Source: an uncultured Pirellulales bacterium | GTDB taxonomy: Bacteria; Planctomycetota; Phycisphaerae; Sedimentisphaerales; Anaerobacaceae | Reading direction: 5' to 3' | Assembly: GCA_964517795.1 (NCBI GenBank) | Contig: CAZFDE010000005.1 | Span: 3,701 to 67,700, forward strand | DNA length: 64,000 nt | In this document: piece after piece, positions 32,297-41,506 of the stretch | Numbering within the stretch: the stretch's first letter is position 1 | Layout of the letters: the number at the start of each line of letters is the position of its first letter | Translations under genes and position numbers: made by a program | Notes under the pieces: generated by a model | The model's database searches: none | Seen by the model: the letters and a program-made list of their open reading frames with translations, nothing else | What the model was told of the DNA's origin: nothing

Positions 32297-32967
32297 AGTT
32301 TGAAAAAGACCATTCCAGTCACACGATTGTACCGCTCAGTTCTGAATATGTTGAAGGAGCTGTCGAAATGCATATGGTGGCATTCAGAGATTTCTTTTTA
32401 ACCTTTCTTGGAAAAGGTTTTTTGAGGGAAATGTATAACGCTGCTGTTGACCATCCTCTTTCTGTTTCATATGTGGCAATCAATCAAAATGGAGAGGTAT
32501 TGGGCGCTACGTTGGGTTTTATTGATTCACGAAAGTATTATCGAGATATTTTTAGAAAACGGTGGTTCAGATTTGCCTGGCAGGCTAGTTTCGCGGCCTT
32601 AAAAAAACCTTCCATTGTCCCCCGTCTTTTTAGGGCAACGCGACATACCGGGTATTACCCGCCGTGTGACATCCGGCCGCTTGCGGCCTTGCCATCGACC
32701 GCGGTCAAACCAGGGGTTCAGGGACTTGGCTTGGCGATCGGATTGATGAGAAAGGCCTGTGAAGAATTCGTCAATCGCGGGATTGATGCTGTTTATCTTA
32801 CCACTGATCGGGACAATAATGACCGTGTCAGAGGTTTTTACGAGGCACTTGGATGGGAATTACTGGGGTATTATACCACGGCTGAGGGCCGGCGCATGTG
32901 CTGGTATATTTGGCAAAACCCCAAAACCAGAAAATCAATTAAACAGGTAAACGTTAATGATGAGTGA
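32293..32967 (+). CDS. GNAT-family N-acetyltransferase
   Basis: GNAT core motifs VQGLGLAIGLMRKACEEF and RVRGFYEALGWEL. Confidence 0.75.
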   Translation: MKFEKDHSSHTIVPLSSEYVEGAVEMHMVAFRDFFLTFLGKGFLREMYNAAVDHPLSVSYVAINQNGEVLGATLGFIDSRKYYRDIFRKRWFRFAWQASFAALKKPSIVPRLFRATRHTGYYPPCDIRPLAALPSTAVKPGVQGLGLAIGLMRKACEEFVNRGIDAVYLTTDRDNNDRVRGFYEALGWELLGYYTTAEGRRMCWYIWQNPKTRKSIKQVNVNDE

Positions 32968-34846
32968 TTCACACACAGATCCAATCGGTCAAATGAAAGC
33001 CGTTATTGAAGGGTGGAAGAAGCCTCCCTTGCGCTGGCAGGTAGCCCATGTTTTTGAGCCGAAACAATTCTCAGATGTAAATCGGCTTTTGAACACCTGG
33101 AAAGAAACTAATTTAGCTGATTGCCCGTGGCCGGAATCGCAGCAGATTCATATCGCCGTTGCCGGATTCGGCACCTTGAATTACATCAAGCCATATGTTG
33201 AAATTGCGGCACTTGCCGATGGAGCGGTGCCTGAAGTGACTCTCGGCAATTACAATCAACTTTATCAGGAGCTTTCAAATTCGGTATCACCTATTTTAAA
33301 AGATGATGTCAAACTGCTCTGGATATGGGTCGATCTGGAAGATATTCTCCCTGCCGAGTTCTGCAAGAATCGCAAGCTTCTGCTTACAAAAGACGGTCTG
33401 CAGCAAACAGAAAATGCGGTCCAAGAATTTTGCACCTTGATCGAAAAGGCCAGAGAAAATTTTAATGGGTTTATTCTGATTAATAATTTTGTTCAGCAGT
33501 CTCGTTCTCCTTTTGGGATCGCAGATTCAAAACGGCAGGAATCTCAGTGGAAAATATATGCGATTGCGAACGAGCTGTTATACGACCGTATTGGCAGTGT
33601 TGAACATGCTTTAGTATTTCCCCTGGATTATCACCTGGGCCGATTTGGGTTGGCCAATGCAGTCGAATATAAACTGAAGCTGATGGCAGATTGCCGCTAT
33701 CGGCCTGAGTTTTATTACTATGTATCACAAAAGATCAGACCCTATCTTCGCAATATACAAGGTACGATCAAAAAGGTTTTGGTGTTGGATCTGGATAATA
33801 CACTTTGGGGAGGGGTTGTTGGAGAGGATGGTTGGCAAAATGTCAAGATTGCACCAGACTCGCCGACCGGCAAAGCGCATATGAATTTCCAGAAGGCGAT
33901 CTTGGAGTTGTTTGAACGCGGAGTGATTCTTGCAATCAACAGTAAAAATAATTACGATGACGTTAAAGAATTATTCGAGCAGCGAGAGGATATGGTTTTG
34001 AGTTTTGACCACTTCGCCTGCATGCAAATTAACTGGAATGACAAAGCCACGAATTGCAGACGGATTGCAGAAGAAATTAATGTCGGGATCGATTCGCTGG
34101 TGTTCTGGGATGATAATCCTTCGGAAAGAGCGTTGGTCAAAGAACTTGCCGGGCAAGTATATGTTGTGGATGTACCCGGCGATGCGGCGAAATGGGCGGA
34201 TTACCTGATGGAACTCGATCTTTTCGACCCGCTTGAAATCAGCGCCGAAGATTCACGTCGCGGTGTCATGTATGCTGAAGAGCGAAAGCGGCGGGATTAT
34301 GCGTCCACAGTGTCGGATGTGGAGTCTTTTTTACAAAGCCTTGATCTTAAAGTGAATTATGCCAAAGCAAATAAAAAGAATATCCCGCGTATCGTATCGC
34401 TTCTGTCAAGAACCAATCAGTTTAATTTGACCACGCGCAGACATGGAGAGGCGACCATTCAAAAATGGGCAAACGATGACCGATATGCCGTCGTCGCCTA
34501 TGCGGCGGAGGACCGATTTGGTAGTTACGGGATCGTGGGAGTGACGATCCTTAAGAAGGATGGAGGAAACGCGGTGATTGATTCCCTTTTACTGAGTTGC
34601 CGCGCGATGGCAAAGGGTATTGAAAATGTGATGTTGTCCGTTATTGCCGAACAAGCGCGCGCATGGAATTGCAAAGATATTAAAGGGGTTTTTATCCCGA
34701 CAAAAAAGAACGCTCCGATAAAAGAATTTCTTCCGCAAAATGGCTTTGAGATTGTGGACGAGTCTGAAACGAAAATTGAGTATAAGCTTCCAGTCCATAA
34801 AACGGTTCTGGATGCCCCGGAATATGTTACGATAACCAACGATTAA
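32957..34846 (+). CDS. FkbH-like HAD-IIIC family protein
   Basis: HAD-IIIC/FkbH signature VLVLDLDNTLWGGVVGEDG and FWDDNPSER. Length 629 aa, with an ACP gene immediately downstream. Confidence 0.8.
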   Translation: MMSDSHTDPIGQMKAVIEGWKKPPLRWQVAHVFEPKQFSDVNRLLNTWKETNLADCPWPESQQIHIAVAGFGTLNYIKPYVEIAALADGAVPEVTLGNYNQLYQELSNSVSPILKDDVKLLWIWVDLEDILPAEFCKNRKLLLTKDGLQQTENAVQEFCTLIEKARENFNGFILINNFVQQSRSPFGIADSKRQESQWKIYAIANELLYDRIGSVEHALVFPLDYHLGRFGLANAVEYKLKLMADCRYRPEFYYYVSQKIRPYLRNIQGTIKKVLVLDLDNTLWGGVVGEDGWQNVKIAPDSPTGKAHMNFQKAILELFERGVILAINSKNNYDDVKELFEQREDMVLSFDHFACMQINWNDKATNCRRIAEEINVGIDSLVFWDDNPSERALVKELAGQVYVVDVPGDAAKWADYLMELDLFDPLEISAEDSRRGVMYAEERKRRDYASTVSDVESFLQSLDLKVNYAKANKKNIPRIVSLLSRTNQFNLTTRRHGEATIQKWANDDRYAVVAYAAEDRFGSYGIVGVTILKKDGGNAVIDSLLLSCRAMAKGIENVMLSVIAEQARAWNCKDIKGVFIPTKKNAPIKEFLPQNGFEIVDESETKIEYKLPVHKTVLDAPEYVTITND

Positions 34847-34857
34847 GGAATGGATAG

Positions 34858-35097
34858 ATGTCTGATGTAAGACAAAGAGTGGCGAATGTGATTAGTCAGG
34901 TGATTGATTATCCTCAGGAGGAGATCGACACAATAGATTATTTCCAGGAAATCCCTAAATGGGACTCACTGCATAATATTAATGTGGTATTGGGGCTTGA
35001 AAATGAATTTGGTATTAGCTTCAATGTCGATGAAATTACTTCAATGACGAGTGTGACCTCAACGACCGCCCTGATTCAATCTAAGCGTGCTACTTGA
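34858..35097 (+). CDS. Acyl carrier protein
   Basis: 79 aa with a phosphopantetheine attachment context (WDSLHNINVVLGLENEF, a DSL motif). Confidence 0.8.
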   Translation: MSDVRQRVANVISQVIDYPQEEIDTIDYFQEIPKWDSLHNINVVLGLENEFGISFNVDEITSMTSVTSTTALIQSKRAT

Positions 35098-35117
35098 AAT
35101 AATATCTGTCGATTCAT

Positions 35118-36269
35118 ATGAACCCACAGGTCCAATTTGAGAAAGCTTTTTCTGTTATTGCAAAAAGGGCTTTTGCTTTTTCTTTTTTCAAAGCGCGTAT
35201 CGCGTTTTACGCGATTCTCCGAGCAATGAACATCCGTGCCGGGGACGAAATTATCCTGCCCGGTTATACCTGTGTGATGGATGTCAACCCCATCACCTAT
35301 GTCAAAGCAAAACCCGTGTATGTGGATATTGAGCCGGATACATATAATATGAGGCCTGACTTGGTCGAAGCGGCAATCACCGGCAAAACAAAGGCGATTA
35401 TTGTCCAGCATACATATGGATATCCTTGTCAAATGGATGCCATGATCGATATTGCCGCCCGACATAACATCGCGTTGATCGAAGACTGTTGTTTGTCGTT
35501 AGGATCGACATATAACAATAAGATGGTCGGAACATTCGGACAGGCCGCCTATTTCTCTTTTCAGTGGAATAAGCCGTTTACGACCGGTCTGGGCGGAATG
35601 GCGACCACCGATGATGCAACACTCAGTCGGGGTCTTGAGCGTGTTCGTCAGGAAATGCTCCAGCCGTCACTGAAAGAGAAACTGTTTTTAGCGGCTCAGT
35701 TGGGTGTTTATCGAACAATTATTTATCCGCGCACGACTGCGTTTGCCCAAAATCTGTTTCGCTATCTGACACAGAAAGGCCTTGTCGTAGGGTCATCTTC
35801 CGTATGTGAATTCGAGCCTGTAATGCCGGATGATTTCTTCAAGGCAATGAGCGCAATTCAAGCCCGCTCCGGATTAAGGCAGTTGAAAAAGCTGAGAAGC
35901 AATATCGCGCACCGGAAAAAAATAGCTGCTTTTTACGATCATTTGTTACAAGAAAAGGGTTGGCACTGCCGTCAATATGATGCCGTCACCATGAATCCGG
36001 TAATGGTCCGATATCCGGTTCGCATAACTGAAAAGAAAAAAGCACTTGAATCAGCCGCCTCGCAGGGTATCGAATTGGGAAGTTGGTTTGAAAGTCCGCT
36101 TCACCCCGAAGAGACACCCCTTGAACAATACGGGTATAAATGGGGAATGTGTCCCGAAGCTGAAAAAGCCGCTCAACAAGTGGTCAATCTCCCTCTTCAC
36201 CCGAGAGTTAGCGAAAAAACGGCTGAAAAAACAGTGGCGTTTATTACGCAATATACCCAGGCACAGTGA
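35118..36269 (+). CDS. DegT/DnrJ/EryC1/StrS-family sugar aminotransferase
   Basis: PLP-lysine context SFQWNKPFTTGLGGMATT and overall family architecture. 383 aa. Confidence 0.8.
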   Translation: MNPQVQFEKAFSVIAKRAFAFSFFKARIAFYAILRAMNIRAGDEIILPGYTCVMDVNPITYVKAKPVYVDIEPDTYNMRPDLVEAAITGKTKAIIVQHTYGYPCQMDAMIDIAARHNIALIEDCCLSLGSTYNNKMVGTFGQAAYFSFQWNKPFTTGLGGMATTDDATLSRGLERVRQEMLQPSLKEKLFLAAQLGVYRTIIYPRTTAFAQNLFRYLTQKGLVVGSSSVCEFEPVMPDDFFKAMSAIQARSGLRQLKKLRSNIAHRKKIAAFYDHLLQEKGWHCRQYDAVTMNPVMVRYPVRITEKKKALESAASQGIELGSWFESPLHPEETPLEQYGYKWGMCPEAEKAAQQVVNLPLHPRVSEKTAEKTVAFITQYTQAQ

Positions 36270-36892
36270 AAAGGCTGATCAATCTCATTTTAGCAATAGC
36301 GGTGATAGCGGTTTTATTTCCGGTTTTTTTGATTTTGTTTGTTGTGATAAAGGTCTCCGGTGACGGACCGGTTATATTTAATCAGCAGCGTGCGGGCAAG
36401 GGCGGCAAGCCCTTTACGTTTTATAAGTTTCGCACAATGCGGGCCGATGCCGACCCGTACGGCGCCAGCCCGAAATCCGGTGACGATCCCCGATTAACCA
36501 AAGTCGGCCGCTTCCTGCGCGAATCTTCACTCGACGAGTTGCCGCAGTTGTTCAACATCCTCAAGGGTGACATGAGCATCGTTGGTCCGCGTCCGCTCTA
36601 TATTTCGCAAATCGACGAATGGGACGAACGCCAGAAAAAGCGACTTCTGGTCAAACCCGGCCTGACGGGTTTGGCGCAGATTCACGGCCGCGGACATCTT
36701 ACACGCGAAGAAAAGCTCGAACTGGACGTCCAATACGCCGAAAATGCGTCATTATGGCTGGATATCAAGATTATTTGCTTGACCATCGGACACATTTTTT
36801 GTAAAAAAGATATATACGAAAAACGTTATTCGGAAACCGAGTTAACGCGGGGGGAAAAGCAAAGCAGCGCTTCTGACGAACCTGAATCATGA
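36266..36892 (+). CDS. Initiating phosphoglycosyl transferase (bacterial sugar transferase, PglC/WbaP C-terminal type)
   Basis: N-terminal TM helix followed by FYKFRTM, DELPQLFNILKGDMSIVGPRP and KPGLTGLAQI. Confidence 0.88.
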   Translation: MKRLINLILAIAVIAVLFPVFLILFVVIKVSGDGPVIFNQQRAGKGGKPFTFYKFRTMRADADPYGASPKSGDDPRLTKVGRFLRESSLDELPQLFNILKGDMSIVGPRPLYISQIDEWDERQKKRLLVKPGLTGLAQIHGRGHLTREEKLELDVQYAENASLWLDIKIICLTIGHIFCKKDIYEKRYSETELTRGEKQSSASDEPES

Positions 36893-38028
36893 ATACGGAT
36901 ACATTTAAAAAATATCTTCACGATCTTGATCGGCTGGACCGATTGACGCCGGCTGAAAAGGAACGCTTAAAACGGGTGGCCCAAGCCTATCCGTTCCGCG
37001 CCCATGATTATTATTTATCCCTGATTGATTGGGATGATCCGGATGATCCGATCCGCCGCCTGATCGTCCCCGCGATGTGCGAAATGGAGGATTTTGGAAA
37101 GCTCGATCCGTCCGATGAGCAAACCTACACGGTCATGCCGGGCGTTGAGCATAAATACAGTTCCACCGTACTGCTGCTGGTCAGTAATGTCTGTGCCGGC
37201 ATCTGCCGCTATTGTTTCCGCAAGCGCGTCTTTATCAACAAGCAGCAGGAATACCTCAAGGACATTCCGGCCGCGGTGGAATATATTCGCGCGCATCCCA
37301 AAGTTACGAATGTTCTGCTCACCGGCGGCGATCCTCTAATGCTGGCCACCCGAAAGTTATATGATTTGATCTCTCAGATTCGCGAGATCGACCATGTTCA
37401 GATCATCCGGATCGGGACCAAAGTACCGGCATTCAATCCCTCTCGTATTTTGGACGATCCGGATTTTGCCGGTATGCTCAAAGAATTCAGTACGCCCAGG
37501 AAAAAGCTGTACATCATGACTCATTTTTCGCATCCGCGTGAACTGACAGATTGTGCGATCCGCGCCGTGGATACACTTCAAAAAGCCGGCGCGATCATTT
37601 GCAATCAGACACCCCTGATCAACGGCGTGAACGACGATCCGCAGGTTTTGGCTGAACTGTTGGCGCAATTATCGTTTATCGGTGCGGTGCCGTATTATAT
37701 TTTCCAGTGCCGTCCGGCCGTCGGCAATAAGGCCTATACTGTCCCGATCGAGCTGGGCTATGAAATCGTCGAGCAGGCCAAGGCACAAGTTTCCGGACTG
37801 GCCAAACGGATACGGTTTGTGATGTCGCATGCGACCGGCAAGATCGAGATTGCCGGAAGAACGCAAGGATATGTGTATTTCAAATATCACCGAGCGGCCG
37901 ATGACGCCGAGAGCGGTCGCTTTATGATCTTTAAGAGCAATCCCGACGCCTGCTGGCTCGAGGATTACGATGAGATGCTTGTTGATGATACGATGGAATT
38001 GCCGTATCGTGTCCACGGCCCGCAATAA
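36889..38028 (+). CDS. KamA-family radical SAM protein (lysine 2,3-aminomutase-like)
   Basis: CxxxCxxC motif in a KamA context (VSNVCAGICRYCFRKR), plus VLLTGGDPLM. It overlaps the upstream sugar transferase by 4 nt. Confidence 0.8.
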   Translation: MNTDTFKKYLHDLDRLDRLTPAEKERLKRVAQAYPFRAHDYYLSLIDWDDPDDPIRRLIVPAMCEMEDFGKLDPSDEQTYTVMPGVEHKYSSTVLLLVSNVCAGICRYCFRKRVFINKQQEYLKDIPAAVEYIRAHPKVTNVLLTGGDPLMLATRKLYDLISQIREIDHVQIIRIGTKVPAFNPSRILDDPDFAGMLKEFSTPRKKLYIMTHFSHPRELTDCAIRAVDTLQKAGAIICNQTPLINGVNDDPQVLAELLAQLSFIGAVPYYIFQCRPAVGNKAYTVPIELGYEIVEQAKAQVSGLAKRIRFVMSHATGKIEIAGRTQGYVYFKYHRAADDAESGRFMIFKSNPDACWLEDYDEMLVDDTMELPYRVHGPQ

Positions 38029-38108
38029 CAGACCATTCATTGATATCGATTCATGTAACCTTCCGGCTGCTTTACAGTCGGGAGGTTTTTGTGTTTAATG
38101 AGGTGCCC

Positions 38109-39329
38109 ATGTATAAAAAAATAGTGATGAGTATAGTATTTTGGCTTTGCCTTGTTTCGATAGCGGTTGCACTGGAACCGGATAACGTGCTTGTGCTGGT
38201 CAATGCCGATATGAACGAATCGGTCGAACTGGGACAATATTATTGTCGCTGGCGAAATGTCCCCCGGGAAAATCTGCTGGAAATATCGTTAGGCAAAACA
38301 CTTCGAACAATGATATCTCGTGCGGCATATGATTCGAAGATCGCCCCCGCCGTGCGAAAGAAGATTGATCAGCTTCGATCCGATCACCCGATCCGCTGTA
38401 TCCTGACGACTTATGGGGTGCCGTATCGTGTGAGCGGTCGTGGAATGCTTCAAACGTATAAACGTTCGCTGGCAACACTGAAAGATCGGATATCGCAAAT
38501 AGAAAACCGAATCGAATCAGTCAAGCTGAGAAACCCAAAAAGCCCCCAGGTCCCTACCCTTGAGCGGCAACTTCGTATTCTTCAATCGCAGTCCGATTAT
38601 ATCACCGGCCGACTAACCGATGCGGCCCTGGACAGCGAACTGGCAATGCTGATGGCCGATTCGTATGAACTGTTCCGTTTTCAGGACAATCGGCTCAAGG
38701 GCCGCGACAAACCGGATGGTTTAACCGTGATGGTCTGCCGTATCGACGGCCCCGGGGTCGAGATTGCACGGCTATTAATCGATAAAGCAATTACCGCTGA
38801 ACGCAATGGCCTTACAGGTAAGATGGTCATCGATGCCCGTGGAAAAACACAACAAAGCAGTGAATCGCTTTTTTATATTTACGACCAGGCCCTGCTGAAT
38901 CTTGCTCAATGGGCCAAAGATGGGCGCTGGCCGCAGGTCATGGTTGATAAAACAGAAGCGCTTTTTCAACCCCGCAGTTGTCCGAATACAGCATTATACT
39001 GCGGCTGGTACAGTCTTAAAAACTATATCGATGCCTTTGATTTTGTCGATGGGGCGATCGGTTATCATATTGCAAGCTGGGAGGCGATCGACCTGCGGGA
39101 TCCCAACAGCACGCAATGGTGTCCGGCCATGCTCAAAGACGGCATCACCGCGACTATCGGTGCGGTTGCCGAACCATATCTGACTGCTTTTCCCATGCCG
39201 GATGAATTTTTCAAAGCCCTCTTTGACGGCAAAACACTGGTTGAAGCCTACTTCTATACCAATCCGTATAATTCCTGGCAGATGATGCTGATTGGTGATC
39301 CCCTGTATCGGCCATTCGCAAAAAATTAG
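38109..39329 (+). CDS. Secreted conserved hypothetical protein (possibly the TIGR03790-type family)
   Basis: The ATG at 38109 gives a signal peptide (MYKKIVMSIVFWLCLVSIAVA). The N-terminal NVLVLVNADMNESVELGQYYCRWRNVPRENLL pattern resembles that family from memory only. Confidence 0.4.
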   Translation: MYKKIVMSIVFWLCLVSIAVALEPDNVLVLVNADMNESVELGQYYCRWRNVPRENLLEISLGKTLRTMISRAAYDSKIAPAVRKKIDQLRSDHPIRCILTTYGVPYRVSGRGMLQTYKRSLATLKDRISQIENRIESVKLRNPKSPQVPTLERQLRILQSQSDYITGRLTDAALDSELAMLMADSYELFRFQDNRLKGRDKPDGLTVMVCRIDGPGVEIARLLIDKAITAERNGLTGKMVIDARGKTQQSSESLFYIYDQALLNLAQWAKDGRWPQVMVDKTEALFQPRSCPNTALYCGWYSLKNYIDAFDFVDGAIGYHIASWEAIDLRDPNSTQWCPAMLKDGITATIGAVAEPYLTAFPMPDEFFKALFDGKTLVEAYFYTNPYNSWQMMLIGDPLYRPFAKN

Positions 39330-40063
39330 TTTGCTGTGATGCCTTTGGTTTTGCCCGCCTTGATTAAATAGGTGATTCCGATAGAGAACATAACCGCAGA
39401 CAGGCAGATAAACCATTCGCCGAGCAGCAGCGATTTTGTGGTGAGGGCATAAAAGCCGTGGCTGACGACCAGGACCAATACCGGACCAAGCAGCGATTGG
39501 ATAAGCCATGCCTTGCTGAACAGTTTTTGTCCGCGTCTTATATAAAGAAACCGCATCCACAGCAGGCTGAAAAAACTGTAGGCGAAAAAATAAAACGCCC
39601 AGATGATCAAAAAAAGCTTATCGGATAGATTGATCGATACGAAATTTGTTGCGAAAAAGATGGTGCCGGCCGTCAGGAGGATAAAGGCGGGCCAGAACGA
39701 AATAAAACTCAGGATTACTAAACTGATTAGCGATCCGCTCAAGTCGGCCACGAAATCCCACACATCCGGAACACGTCCGACATAACTCTGCAACCATTCG
39801 TCGAGCACACCATACCAGACGACCACAAATAAGATCCACCACACCGCGGCACGCCGCCAGTCCACTTTTTTGTAAGGACTGATCACCGACCACAGCAAAA
39901 AAACCAGAATGAAATAAATGATTCCGTGCGCGACCTTGTCGGACACATCGATGCGGATTTGCAGACGCGAGATTTTCGGGATCGGCAGGTGCGTCAACAC
40001 GAAGATCAGCGGCCAATACAATGCCAGCAGAACAAATACAACTTTACGGCGTAAAAGACTCAT
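39326..40063 (-). CDS. VanZ-like membrane protein
   Basis: Polytopic protein with an N-terminal VanZ-type motif (VSDKVAHGIIYFILVFLL). Its 3' end overlaps the convergent gene by 4 nt. Confidence 0.6.
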   Translation of the reverse strand: MSLLRRKVVFVLLALYWPLIFVLTHLPIPKISRLQIRIDVSDKVAHGIIYFILVFLLWSVISPYKKVDWRRAAVWWILFVVVWYGVLDEWLQSYVGRVPDVWDFVADLSGSLISLVILSFISFWPAFILLTAGTIFFATNFVSINLSDKLFLIIWAFYFFAYSFFSLLWMRFLYIRRGQKLFSKAWLIQSLLGPVLVLVVSHGFYALTTKSLLLGEWFICLSAVMFSIGITYLIKAGKTKGITAN

Positions 40064-40226
40064 TTACAATCCTGGTTAACTCTCATACCAAAAAACACTT
40101 AGGGAAAAGGCTGGATTTTATCATGCTTGACGATTCTTGCAATGGTTCTTTTATTTTAACGTTGATGGTGTTATGATGGATTGCGCGACATGAGAAGACG
40201 AAAACCGATTATAAGGAGCATGGAAA

Positions 40227-41495
40227 ATGAAAACGAAAAATGATAGAATGATTCGATTAAACAGTTGTTTTATATTATTGGCCCTATCCGTACTGATCGG
40301 ATTGATTACGATGAGATCCATGGCCCAACGGCGAGAACGCATGACCGAGCCGACGAATACATCCTTACCCCAGCCGAAACTGAGCGGCCTGCTCAGTCTC
40401 GAGGAAGCGCTCGCCTTGCGTCGCAGCGTTCGTGATTTCAAGGATGAACGTCTGCCGATTGAGTTGATCGGTCAATTGCTCTGGGCGGGCCAGGGCATTA
40501 CCGAGCCGAATGAGGGGTTTCGGACGGCGCCGTCGGCCGGGGCTGTCTATCCGATAACTCTTTATCTGATAACGCCCGAGGGTGTTTATCGATATAACGC
40601 GGCGGATCATTCCCTCGACAAACATTTTGACGAAGATGTTCGCCGAAAGCTGGCCGAAGCAGCCCTGGATCAGCAATGGGTGCAGCAAGCTCCATGCAAT
40701 ATAATCATAACCGGTTCGCGGAAAAAGCTTTCACAGCGTTACGGGCGTCGGGCCGAAACGTTTCTCTGGCTCGAAGCCGGGCACGTCGCCCAGAATATTC
40801 TTCTGCAGGCGACAACGCTGCAGTTAGGGGCCGTACCGGTGGGGGCATTTGCCGGGCGTGATGTCGAGCGAGCCTGTCGGATCCCCACGCTGCTGGAACC
40901 GCTGTACATTATCTCCATCGGATATCCCCGGGTTGTGTCTGAACCGGAGCAAGCCGAAGCGGCCGAAGAAAAGCCTGCGGCCAAAGCACTCGTGATCATT
41001 CCCAGTCAGCAGTTTCGCGACGAAGAGCTTTTCGACACACTGGCGGTTTTTCGTGATGCGGGGATCGAAGCGACGATCGCCAGTTCGAAAACCGGCGAAA
41101 TTACCGGGATGCTTGGCGGCAAAGCCGAGGCCGGCGTTTTGATTTCATTGGTGGAGATAGATCCCTATGATGCCTTTGTGTTTATCGGCGGCTCCGGTGC
41201 GAAAGCATATTTCGAAGATCCGGTTGCCCTGAAAATTGCGCAACAGGCCGATGAACAGAAAAAGATTCTCGGTGCAATCTGTATCGCGCCGTCCATTCTG
41301 GCCAATGCCGGTGTGCTGCGGGGTAAAAACGCGACCGCGTTTTCATCCGAACGTGCGAATTTACGAAAAGCGGGTGCGAATTATAGCCCGATGAACGTTG
41401 TCAAACATGGAAATATCATTACGGCCAGCGGGCCACAGGCGGCCATTCAATTTGCAAATATGATTGCCCGCGAGGTGCTGCAGAAGTCTCGGTAA
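40227..41495 (+). CDS. SagB-type nitroreductase-fold domain fused to a DJ-1/PfpI domain, membrane-anchored or secreted
   Basis: N-terminal hydrophobic segment. Nitroreductase/SagB motifs LRRSVRDF and LEAGHVAQNILLQATTLQLGAVPVGAF. C-terminal DJ-1/PfpI motif ILGAICIAPSILANAGVL. Confidence 0.7.
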   Translation: MKTKNDRMIRLNSCFILLALSVLIGLITMRSMAQRRERMTEPTNTSLPQPKLSGLLSLEEALALRRSVRDFKDERLPIELIGQLLWAGQGITEPNEGFRTAPSAGAVYPITLYLITPEGVYRYNAADHSLDKHFDEDVRRKLAEAALDQQWVQQAPCNIIITGSRKKLSQRYGRRAETFLWLEAGHVAQNILLQATTLQLGAVPVGAFAGRDVERACRIPTLLEPLYIISIGYPRVVSEPEQAEAAEEKPAAKALVIIPSQQFRDEELFDTLAVFRDAGIEATIASSKTGEITGMLGGKAEAGVLISLVEIDPYDAFVFIGGSGAKAYFEDPVALKIAQQADEQKKILGAICIAPSILANAGVLRGKNATAFSSERANLRKAGANYSPMNVVKHGNIITASGPQAAIQFANMIAREVLQKSR

Positions 41496-41506
41496 TTGCC
41501 CCGCGG

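Noticed and set aside
38040-38108. TTG-initiated 5' extension of the secreted protein gene.
   Set aside because: The internal ATG at 38109 yields a canonical signal peptide, whereas the extension adds a non-signal leader.
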